Positions 1 to 6,273 of a stretch of DNA of 15,441 nucleotides are shown here, in pieces. The first letter of the stretch is position 1, and each line of letters opens with the position of its first letter. The stretch comes from a virus. The stretch is taken from UHGV virus genome UHGV-0099063; one strand, 5' to 3'. A program made the position numbers and the translations under genes. Under the pieces are notes generated by a model. That model was not told where the DNA came from and did not search any database. It saw only the letters and a program-made list of their open reading frames with translations.

Positions 1-160
1 ATACAGTCCATACACCAACAATATCTTTGTATGGTATGTAGCTGACACCTTCCAGGCCATCGTTACCACTTGGTCCAGTGATTAACACAGATGCTATAGC
101 AATAGCCCCGCCACTTATCGCCGCTATTACGCTATTTCGTAGTGCCGGTGACATTGCCAT
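1..160 (-). CDS. SAR endolysin (lysozyme, RrrD/R21-like), partial; C-terminus lies beyond the window start
   Basis: Minus-strand translation from ATG at 160-158 reads [53 protein letters not shown], matching the N-terminal signal-anchor-release region of lambdoid SAR lysozymes as recalled from E. coli RrrD. Overlaps the 3' end of the holin gene, as is usual in lysis cassettes. Confidence 0.85.
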   Translation of the reverse strand, partial: MAMSPALRNSVIAAISGGAIAIASVLITGPSGNDGLEGVSYIPYKDIVGVWTV

Positions 161-335
161 TCAATCTGTCCTCGCGCTCTTTGCGCTTGTAGTACCAGTT
201 GATGCCAAATGTGCCGACAGTACAAAGAATACCAATGATGACAGCCCAGTCATTCAGGGAGAGAATGCCACCCATCGCAGTCAGTCCTCCGAAGCTGTAA
301 CTGAACCATTCTCTGATTTTGTCCATACGGTACAT
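132..335 (-). CDS. class II holin (pinholin, S21-like) with dual-start motif
   Basis: 67 aa ORF with two predicted TM segments (Gly-rich [17 protein letters not shown], then [20 protein letters not shown]) and a charged C-terminus. N-terminus M-Y-R-M has two in-frame ATGs (335-333 and 326-324) separated by a basic residue, like the holin/antiholin dual start of lambda S and phage 21 S. Sits immediately upstream of the SAR endolysin. Confidence 0.8.
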   Translation of the reverse strand: MYRMDKIREWFSYSFGGLTAMGGILSLNDWAVIIGILCTVGTFGINWYYKRKEREDRLNGNVTGTTK

Positions 336-740
336 GCTCTACCCCTTCATTGAGGGGATTTGCTCTATTTAATTAGGAATAAGGTCGATTACTGATAGAA
401 CAAATCCAGGCTACTGTGTTTAGTAATCAGATTTGTTCGTGACCGATATGCACGGGCAAAACGGCAGGAGGTTGTTAGCGCAACCTCTTGCCACCCGCTT
501 TCACGAAGGTCATGTGTAGAAGGCCGCAGCGTAACTATCACTGATGAATTCAGGATAGCCAGTGGCTACGGCTCAGTTTGGGTTGTGCTGTTGCTGGGCG
601 GCGATGACGCCTGTACGCATTTGGTGATCCGGTTCTGCTTCCGGTATTCGCTTAATTCAGCACAACGGAAAGAGCACTGGCTAACCAGGCGCGCCGACTC
701 TTCACGATTATCGACTCAATGCTCTTACCTGTTGTGCAAA

Positions 741-782
741 TAAAAAAAGCCACCGTTGCAACTTAAGAGTCACTAACGGCAG
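741..782 (-). terminator. rho-independent terminator downstream of HNH endonuclease 1
   Basis: On the minus strand, hairpin GCUGCCGUU...AACGGUGGC (9 bp stem with two G-U pairs) followed by a run of seven U (plus 741-747 is AAAAAAA). Confidence 0.5.
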
Positions 783-791
783 CTTACATCT

Positions 792-1304
792 TTAAACGGT
801 ATGATATTTCATTCTGGCTGCCTCAAAAGCCGCAGCGGCAAGTTCGGCAGTGTCATGGTATCCAAGGTTAATACACTTTCCAGACGCATTAATTCTTGCT
901 CTCCATTTCCCGTACTTAGCATCCCAAGACACGCCACGGTATCCAGATTTATTATTCTTCTGAATTTTCCTGTTTTGCATATTTTCGGAATGAGTGACAA
1001 GACGAAGATTTGATATCCGGTTATCTGTTCTTACCCTGTTGATGTGATCAATAAAACCATCGGGCATGGTGCCATAAACAATCAACCATGCCAGTCTGTG
1101 AGCAGGGCATGCTTTACCATTAATCATAATCATTAAATACCCATCAGAATTTATTGATGAGCATTTCTTGAAAGCAAAACGAGAGTTCCATGTCAAAGTG
1201 GTCCTCTCTCTCCCCTGCCTCCATCTCCAGTGAAAGTCGCCTGATGATGGATTGTAATCAACAACAGAAAGCACCATTTCTGGCGTTAATTTTATTTCTT
1301 TCAT
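792..1304 (-). CDS. HNH endonuclease (HNH_3 motif plus AP2-type DNA-binding domain), homing-endonuclease-like
   Basis: 170 aa ORF with FIDHINRVRTDNRISNLRLVTHSEN (HNH_3-type catalytic motif) followed by GYRGVSWDAKYGKWRARI...LGYHDTAELAAAAFEAAR (AP2-like). Start 1304-1302 with AAGG 8 nt upstream. Lies between the candidate tR' and the lysis genes. Confidence 0.85.
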   Translation of the reverse strand: MKEIKLTPEMVLSVVDYNPSSGDFHWRWRQGRERTTLTWNSRFAFKKCSSINSDGYLMIMINGKACPAHRLAWLIVYGTMPDGFIDHINRVRTDNRISNLRLVTHSENMQNRKIQKNNKSGYRGVSWDAKYGKWRARINASGKCINLGYHDTAELAAAAFEAARMKYHTV

Positions 1305-1424
1305 CGCTTTACCTTAGGGATAGAGCCTGTTCGCGTAGATATGACAGCCAAGAGCGGAGCGATGTTTCCACCACCATATCTCAGGCCCATATCACTAAGA
1401 CTCTTGTTTTGATTGCACGCGAAT

Positions 1425-1449
1425 GCAAAAAAGCCCACAGGAGGTGGGC
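1425..1449 (-). terminator. rho-independent terminator just downstream of Q (candidate tR')
   Basis: Stem GCCCAC/GTGGGC (plus 1433-1438 and 1444-1449) with 5-nt loop; on the minus strand it is followed by UUUUUU (plus 1427-1432 is AAAAAA). Confidence 0.6.
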
Positions 1450-1491
1450 TTGTGATGGTTGCTGAATGCAAAAGCAGCAGCATATGTGAAT

Positions 1492-1522
1492 ATTATGGCT
1501 AAATGGCTAATTGCATGTCAAG
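1492..1522 (-). promoter_or_regulatory. candidate late promoter pR' overlapping the 3' end of Q
   Basis: Minus strand reads TTGACA (plus 1517-1522), 18-bp spacer, CATAAT (plus 1492-1497). Position directly after Q and about 40-60 nt upstream of the terminator matches the conserved Q-pR'-tR' arrangement of lambdoid phages. Confidence 0.4.
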
Positions 1523-2017
1523 ACTTTTAACAGCAACATGCTTAACTTTCTCAACACGTTTACGCATTTTGAAAGCATTTTGCATTGGTTGGTACAAAAC
1601 AAATAATGACGCTTTCAGGATATCGTCAATTTCGTTTCTACAGGTTGCCAGTGAAGGTTTTCTCCATCCCTCGCCACCACGCCCACACATCTTGCGTGGC
1701 TTTGCAGTCGCGTGATAGTAGGATGCAATTGCTCGCTTAGATGAACCATGAGCGTAGTAGCTGAGGAGGATGCCAAAGGCTTTCTTGTCAATGTACATGA
1801 CGGAATCGACGACCTGAGAAATCAACATTCCATCATCATCATTACACATTGGCCTTGTCATAACTCTTCCCAGCTCTACGCTCTCCATGAACTTCGCTAT
1901 TACGCTGCTCATGCGCTTTTCCAGGCGACCTGAATAAACCCATGCGCCCCACAGTTCAAGCCAGCCATTCAGCCAATCGTGCTGTTCTTTGGTGAGGTTT
2001 AGCTCTCTTATGCTCAT
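1499..2017 (-). CDS. Q: late-gene antiterminator Q (Phage_antitermQ family, QuuD-like motif)
   Basis: 172 aa ORF containing LELWGAW, recalled as a Q-family motif; last gene of the coupled nin operon (start overlaps ninH stop) and immediately upstream of the candidate pR'/tR'. Confidence 0.75.
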   Translation of the reverse strand: MSIRELNLTKEQHDWLNGWLELWGAWVYSGRLEKRMSSVIAKFMESVELGRVMTRPMCNDDDGMLISQVVDSVMYIDKKAFGILLSYYAHGSSKRAIASYYHATAKPRKMCGRGGEGWRKPSLATCRNEIDDILKASLFVLYQPMQNAFKMRKRVEKVKHVAVKSLDMQLAI

Positions 2018-2202
2018 CGTCTTCCCTTTTTGCCTGGCGTGACCATCAGGACGCCGTTAACTATTACGTGACGCTCGCCTTTGCTGTCTCGGTTGTACTT
2101 GAGCACTGTTCCTCTTGCGCAGGAAAGCATCCTCGCCACTTCGGTCTGATTGCCTCGTGTCTGGATAAGAAGCTCTGGTATCGTTTGAATTGTGGCGTTC
2201 AT
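2014..2202 (-). CDS. ninH: NinH
   Basis: 62 aa ORF MNATIQTIPELLIQTRGNQTEVARMLSCARGTVLKYNRD..., closely resembling lambda NinH as recalled (TIPDML...GNQTEVARRL.CSRGTVRKY). Start overlaps rusA stop. Confidence 0.8.
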   Translation of the reverse strand: MNATIQTIPELLIQTRGNQTEVARMLSCARGTVLKYNRDSKGERHVIVNGVLMVTPGKKGRR

Positions 2203-2561
2203 ACGCTCTCCAGTTCGGTGATTTTTATTCCAAGCCTTCCGCCTGGTACTTTTACGCCACGAATTACGCGAATGTCATCGAATTGCTCGTCGTCTTCCGC
2301 AAATCCGGCGTGGATAAGGGAGTCGAGTAAACCTTTCAGGATGTTGTCGAGGTCGCGGCGGCGGGAGTCTGGAACGTCTGCGATGACTTTGATACGGAGT
2401 CGTGATTTGGTGAAAATGTCTAACTTGAGTTGGCGAATGATTTGCTGAACGTCTTTTCGGTATTTCTGGCCTTTATCGCTGATGTAGTATTGGCTTCCCC
2501 GTCTTCGCCAGTAGGTGTTCACCGACGGCGGGTAAGGAAGCACAAACTGATATTCGTTCAT
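2199..2561 (-). CDS. rusA: RusA Holliday-junction resolvase
   Basis: 120 aa; LPYPPSVNTYW...DVPDSRRRDLDNILKGLLDSLIHAGF..DDEQ...GGRLGIKITE parallels E. coli RusA as recalled (LPWPPSNNRYY...PDRRRRDLDNLQKA..DALTKAGF..DDAQ...GGRLELTITE). Confidence 0.85.
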   Translation of the reverse strand: MNEYQFVLPYPPSVNTYWRRRGSQYYISDKGQKYRKDVQQIIRQLKLDIFTKSRLRIKVIADVPDSRRRDLDNILKGLLDSLIHAGFAEDDEQFDDIRVIRGVKVPGGRLGIKITELESV

Positions 2562-2848
2562 GGCTTAATCTTCCCCTCCTTCAGCAGTATCGCCTGCGTC
2601 CTGATCACGCCTTCGAGGTGGTAAAGTCTGGCGTCTTTGTTGTCGAGATTATGGGTGCGTCGGTCGATCTCCGCGTGACACGCGCTACAAGCCCATGCGC
2701 CGATCAGGTCGTCAGGTTTCATTCCCGTTCCGCAAATTCCAGCCATCCGGTAATGTGCCAGAACTGTAGTTTCAGGATTCCCATTGCATACGCCGTAAAT
2801 ACGTACCTGGCATTCTCTGCCGCGCGCTTCTTTGCGTAGGTTAGCCAT
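2558..2848 (-). CDS. ybcO: YbcO-like phage nuclease (DUF1364 family)
   Basis: 96 aa; MANLRKEARGRECQVRIYGVCNGNPETTVLAHYRMAGICGTGMKPDDLIGAWACSACHAEIDRRTH closely matches DLP12 YbcO as recalled; start and stop overlap the neighbouring genes. Confidence 0.8.
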   Translation of the reverse strand: MANLRKEARGRECQVRIYGVCNGNPETTVLAHYRMAGICGTGMKPDDLIGAWACSACHAEIDRRTHNLDNKDARLYHLEGVIRTQAILLKEGKIKP

Positions 2849-3053
2849 TTACCTTCCCTCGCAATTGAAGAATTGACTGAAGGTCTTTTTTAATAAATAT
2901 GCGAGTGCGAATTGAGCAGTAGTTTTCCTTCATTCTGGCGTAGTAATAGTCCTTTCTTTGCTTAAGTTTGTTGGCATCCGCTGTCATCCAGTCTTTTACA
3001 GCAAACTTAATTAGCCAGCGGTGGCAGAGATACCATTTCAGGTAATCACTCAT
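2841..3053 (-). CDS. hypothetical nin-region protein, 70 aa
   Basis: ORF translationally coupled on both sides: its ATG (3053-3051) lies inside the last codons of ninF and its stop overlaps the ybcO-like start. No family recognised. Confidence 0.55.
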   Translation of the reverse strand: MSDYLKWYLCHRWLIKFAVKDWMTADANKLKQRKDYYYARMKENYCSIRTRIFIKKDLQSILQLRGKVNG

Positions 3054-3222
3054 CGTCTTCTTCCTCGTACATTGAGCTATTCGGATCGCTCATCAGTTCT
3101 GCGCAGCAATCGGAGCACACGTGAACTTCCAGCACATGCAGCTTCTGACCGCAGTTAGCGCACGTTAAAGCTCGCTCGACGCTTTCTTTCTGGTATTGAA
3201 GGGATTGGGATGGGCTAAGCAT
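3046..3222 (-). CDS. ninF: NinF
   Basis: Not in the ORF track (58 aa). Minus-strand translation from ATG 3222-3220 gives MLSPSQSLQYQKESVERALTCANCGQKLHVLEVHVCSDCCAELMSDPNSSMYEEEDDE, essentially lambda NinF as recalled. Confidence 0.8.
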   Translation of the reverse strand: MLSPSQSLQYQKESVERALTCANCGQKLHVLEVHVCSDCCAELMSDPNSSMYEEEDDE

Positions 3223-3580
3223 TATTGGCGTCCTGCATCATGAGAAAGACAATCATGGCGGCGCGGAGGGGATTTTCATGTATAGCTCGCTTAGATTTAC
3301 AGTAGGCCACACCGCGTGCACCCCACTCGTCTTCATCGAGATTGATAATGCTAATCCTGTATTTTTCAATAATCGGCCATGCGTCTGCTGGGTTTGCGCA
3401 TGGGTTAAAGGAACCGCGCTCAACTTCTACTTCAACTGCGTCTCCGTTTACAATGTCTCCCTCAAATGAGACAAACACCATATCGCCATTCTCACCTTCT
3501 TTGTAATCCGGTGATCCGTTATGAATAGCTTCGAATACCGCCACGTTAATTTCAAAATCACTTAACTGTGAATAATCCAT
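3215..3580 (-). CDS. hypothetical nin-region protein (possibly YbcN-like)
   Basis: ORF in the track starts at a GTG (3622); the likely true start is ATG 3580-3578 (MDYSQLSDFEIN...), preceded by GAGGAA at 8-nt spacing and 2 nt after the ninE stop. C-terminal NPLRAAMIVFLMMQ looks familiar from nin-region proteins but is not firmly assigned. Confidence 0.55.
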   Translation of the reverse strand: MDYSQLSDFEINVAVFEAIHNGSPDYKEGENGDMVFVSFEGDIVNGDAVEVEVERGSFNPCANPADAWPIIEKYRISIINLDEDEWGARGVAYCKSKRAIHENPLRAAMIVFLMMQDANNA

Positions 3581-3582
3581 TG

Positions 3583-3759
3583 TCATTTCCTCGCACGATG
3601 TCTTAGCCACCGGATATCCCACAGGTGAGCCGTGTAATTGAAGGTTTTTACGTCAGATTCTTTTGGGATTGGCTTGCGTTTATTTCTGGAGCGTTTCGTT
3701 GGAAGGTATTTGCAGTTTTCGCAGATGATGTCGGTGATACTTCGTCGCTGTCGTCTCAT
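3583..3759 (-). CDS. ninE: NinE
   Basis: From ATG 3759-3757: [58 protein letters not shown], matching lambda/DLP12 NinE as recalled. Its ATG overlaps the TGA of the upstream HNH ORF. Confidence 0.85.
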   Translation of the reverse strand: MRRQRRSITDIICENCKYLPTKRSRNKRKPIPKESDVKTFNYTAHLWDIRWLRHRARK

Positions 3760-4358
3760 GCCGCCCTGTCTCCCCATCTTGCTTTCATTGTTTCATTTGC
3801 AAATCGCCAGAATCTTCCTTTGTGATATGAGCTTTCGCCATTACAGCAACGACTAATTGACGAACTATCAAATCCTTCTCTGACAGCATCCATAGCTGCT
3901 TCATAATAAACCTCCTCCCCAGTTTTCATGTCAGTAGAAATAACAGCTTTACTGGCAGGATGATCACCACTAAATTTACCTAGCGATATAGGTATTCTTC
4001 CATTTTGTTTATATCCGTGCTTTGAGTTTTCAGAATGTGATACCCATTCAAGGTTTTCAGCCCTATTGTCATCTCTTTGCCCATTTTTGTGATTAACTAC
4101 CAAGCCATCACAGAACCCTGTACAGAATGCTTTCGCAACTATCCTGTGGGCGCTGTATTTCTTACCGTATACCTTTATTTGAAGATATCCTGTCGACTTG
4201 CACTTGAATGGTTTTACGCTAGTGCCATTAATTATTTTCTTATATGGCCTCTGTCTGGTTGATGTTACTGTAATTTCCCTCGTAATAGACCTGAAATTTC
4301 CTTTATTGCTAACCTGATAAAATGGAATTCCTTCGATATCTACCCAAACCTCAATCAT
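3756..4358 (-). CDS. HNH endonuclease (NUMOD4-like N-terminus plus HNH_3 motif), inserted into the 3' end of ninB
   Basis: 200 aa; N-terminal [20 protein letters not shown] (NUMOD4-like), then [25 protein letters not shown] (HNH_3). GGAGG lies 4 nt upstream of the ATG, inside the last ninB codons. The last nine residues, KARWGDRAA, match the recalled C-terminus of lambda NinB. Confidence 0.8.
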   Translation of the reverse strand: MIEVWVDIEGIPFYQVSNKGNFRSITREITVTSTRQRPYKKIINGTSVKPFKCKSTGYLQIKVYGKKYSAHRIVAKAFCTGFCDGLVVNHKNGQRDDNRAENLEWVSHSENSKHGYKQNGRIPISLGKFSGDHPASKAVISTDMKTGEEVYYEAAMDAVREGFDSSSISRCCNGESSYHKGRFWRFANETMKARWGDRAA

Positions 4359-4767
4359 AATTCCTCCATTCGCTAAGATGAATTGAGTTCATGGCACAAT
4401 ATGCTTCTATGTAGTCCATTATTTCGGATATTTTTTTTACAGATAGAGTCGCCGTACTCTCTCTGATGTTTATTAGCTCACCTTCTAACCCTGATATAAT
4501 CTCAGGGTGCTGGTTGGTTGCAATCTGCCAACCAGAAACGAATAACCCCTTCCAAAACTCAATATTTCTTGCTTTTCCATGATATGTAGCCTTCTTACTT
4601 ATTTCAGATAGCATCGCGTGAAGGCGTGCATTTTGCCGAATGCTGCGGTTGCGTTCCTGAATGGTTACTACGATTGGTTTGGTTGGGTCTGGAAGAATTT
4701 GCTGGATAGCTTGAATGGCGTTCTGCTGATGGATGGGGCTTCTTAGTTCAAATGTTAGTTTCCTCAT
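4351..4767 (-). CDS. ninB: NinB recombination protein, with its natural C-terminus replaced
   Basis: From ATG 4767-4765: MRKLTFELRSPIHQQNAIQAIQQILPDPTKPIVVTIQERNRS..., near-identical to the recalled lambda NinB N-terminus. Ends ...HLSEW-RNYD-stop rather than the recalled ...[12 protein letters not shown]. Confidence 0.8.
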   Translation of the reverse strand: MRKLTFELRSPIHQQNAIQAIQQILPDPTKPIVVTIQERNRSIRQNARLHAMLSEISKKATYHGKARNIEFWKGLFVSGWQIATNQHPEIISGLEGELINIRESTATLSVKKISEIMDYIEAYCAMNSIHLSEWRNYD

Positions 4768-4930
4768 CACCCTTAATCCTCTCGAAGTTCTTCTCGAAGT
4801 TTTTGGTGTCGAACACTGACCACCGACCATTATGAATGGCGTATGCACAGGTCTTGTTTTCGTCCTGATAAACTACCCTTACCTTGCGATAAAACCGTGG
4901 CTTAATCTCTCTGAATATTTGCTCGCTCAT
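4748..4930 (-). CDS. hypothetical small phage protein, 60 aa
   Basis: ATG 4930-4928 preceded by AAGGAG at 5-nt spacing; MSEQIFREIKPRFYRKVRVVYQDENK... No family recognised. Its 3' end overlaps the ninB start by about 20 nt. Confidence 0.5.
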   Translation of the reverse strand: MSEQIFREIKPRFYRKVRVVYQDENKTCAYAIHNGRWSVFDTKNFEKNFERIKGDEETNI

Positions 4931-4940
4931 GCTCACTCCT

Positions 4941-5156
4941 TCACTTTAAATCCAGACTCCGGATAATTCTGTTGCGCTGAAACTCATTGTTGAGTCTGAA
5001 CAACCGACGAAGAACACGGTCACGCGGATAGCGTCGTGCGGCAGGTGAATGCTCATACAACTCATCAAGCGGCAAACTTGACGATGAACGATACCGATAC
5101 CAACGCGCCAACTCTTCACGAAAATTAGCCCTGACAAGCTCAGCTATCGTACTCAT
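4941..5156 (-). CDS. hypothetical small phage protein, 71 aa, Arg-rich
   Basis: ATG 5156-5154 preceded by AGGAGG at 9-nt spacing; first gene after the terminator that follows HNH endonuclease 3. Confidence 0.55.
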   Translation of the reverse strand: MSTIAELVRANFREELARWYRYRSSSSLPLDELYEHSPAARRYPRDRVLRRLFRLNNEFQRNRIIRSLDLK

Positions 5157-5280
5157 TTCTTAAAACCTCCTAAAACGCATTCTGACGAACTTTTACATCT
5201 CGCCACCCAATTACATGCCTGAGCAATGATTAGGTCGCCACAGGCTTATTTATGTGGCTTAAAATCGATTTTGCTTACAT

Positions 5281-5310
5281 ACAAACAAAAGACCTGCGAT
5301 TACCAGCAGG
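5281..5310 (-). terminator. hairpin terminator directly after HNH endonuclease 3, possibly bidirectional
   Basis: Stem CCTGC/GCAGG (5293-5297 and 5306-5310) with 8-nt loop; U-rich tract follows on the minus strand (plus 5281-5292) and a T-run follows on the plus strand (5318-5325). Confidence 0.45.
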
Positions 5311-5313
5311 CCT

Positions 5314-5925
5314 TTATCTTTTTTTAACACGCTTTCGAGTCCTTTTAGATTTTTCCTTAAGATATTCCGCAAGTTTATCCTCATCATTATTAAATTGAGA
5401 TAAAAGCTCATGCTCGCAATTAAGTGCTTTACTCGCATAAGTTCCATATAGTTTCTTTCTTGCTAGTGCTGCTATGAATGCTGCATCTTCTTTGCTATCG
5501 AAATACCCTAACGATATTGTCTTATTTTTATAACCAACATAAGACTTCCACCTGCCAGTTGTCTTATCCCAAGACACTCCAATCGCACCGGATGTGTTTA
5601 ACCTATTCCCTACAATGTTTCTTGCATTCTGCTCCTCTGTTGCCAGTCTTAGATTTGAAATCCTATTGTCAAGTCTGTTCCCATTTACATGATCAATAAA
5701 CTTAGGAGGCCATTTTTTGTATACATAGAACCAAGCAAGTCTATGCGCATAATACAAAACATTATTTATGCTAATGCATATATAACCACCACTAACACCT
5801 CCAGCAATACTACCTTTTACTCTTACTACTGAATTTGTTTTTAGCCATTTAAATATTCCTGTTTCTGAGTCATATGATAATGTTGACAGAAGCTCATCGT
5901 GATCAATTAGTTTTTTTATTCGCAT
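5314..5925 (-). CDS. HNH endonuclease (HNH_3 plus AP2-type domain), paralogue of the 792-1304 gene
   Basis: 203 aa; AHRLAWFYVYKKWPPKFIDHVNGNRLDNRISNLRLATEEQN (HNH_3) and GVSWDKTTGRWKSYV...LGYFDSKEDAAFIAALAR (AP2-like); collinear with HNH 1. Strongly AT-rich; no clear Shine-Dalgarno before its ATG. Confidence 0.8.
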   Translation of the reverse strand: MRIKKLIDHDELLSTLSYDSETGIFKWLKTNSVVRVKGSIAGGVSGGYICISINNVLYYAHRLAWFYVYKKWPPKFIDHVNGNRLDNRISNLRLATEEQNARNIVGNRLNTSGAIGVSWDKTTGRWKSYVGYKNKTISLGYFDSKEDAAFIAALARKKLYGTYASKALNCEHELLSQFNNDEDKLAEYLKEKSKRTRKRVKKR

Positions 5926-6003
5926 AAAGAATATACTTAATAATATATACAGTAAGAACCATTAGTAACGATAACCCTGCTATCAGCTCAGTGATGTAGA
6001 TGG

Positions 6004-6273
6004 TCATTGCTTCATCTCCCTTTCCATTTCATCAATGTCAACGTCATCAGGAAGATGGGAGCAATACGCCGCTATACCATGATGATTTATCTCATACCCT
6101 TTGAACGTTACCATCTGGCGCGTAATCTCAACTTCGTTCAGGAATCCGTCATCGCATAACTGCCTGGCTATTTTCGATTTGGTCTGGATTATTGGTAGTG
6201 CCTGTTCTTTCAAAGCGCATGATATTTGTGCATCCCATGCCTTTTCGAGAATGGCTAATTGTTTTTTATTCAT
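6004..6273 (-). CDS. hypothetical phage protein, 89 aa, downstream of the helicase
   Basis: ATG 6273-6271 overlaps the helicase stop codon (TGATG); same strand and operon as the replication genes. No family recognised. Confidence 0.6.
   Translation of the reverse strand: MNKKQLAILEKAWDAQISCALKEQALPIIQTKSKIARQLCDDGFLNEVEITRQMVTFKGYEINHHGIAAYCSHLPDDVDIDEMEREMKQ

Noticed and set aside
78-353. Plus-strand 91-aa ORF
   Set aside because: Entirely antisense to the holin and endolysin genes, which have strong homology and motif support; it is a shadow frame.
353-790. Possible tRNA genes in the Q-to-lysis interval, as seen in some Stx-type phages
   Set aside because: No segment could be folded by eye into a cloverleaf with a T-loop GTTCGAATC-type motif; only a simple hairpin at 466-487 was found. 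A covariance-model scan would be decisive.
2068-2448. Plus-strand 126-aa ORF
   Set aside because: Antisense to rusA and ninH, which are well supported; Ser/Arg-rich composition typical of a shadow frame.
5259-5447. Minus-strand 62-aa ORF overlapping the 3' end of HNH endonuclease 3
   Set aside because: Out-of-frame overlap with the well-supported HNH gene and spanning the terminator hairpin; AT-rich shadow frame.
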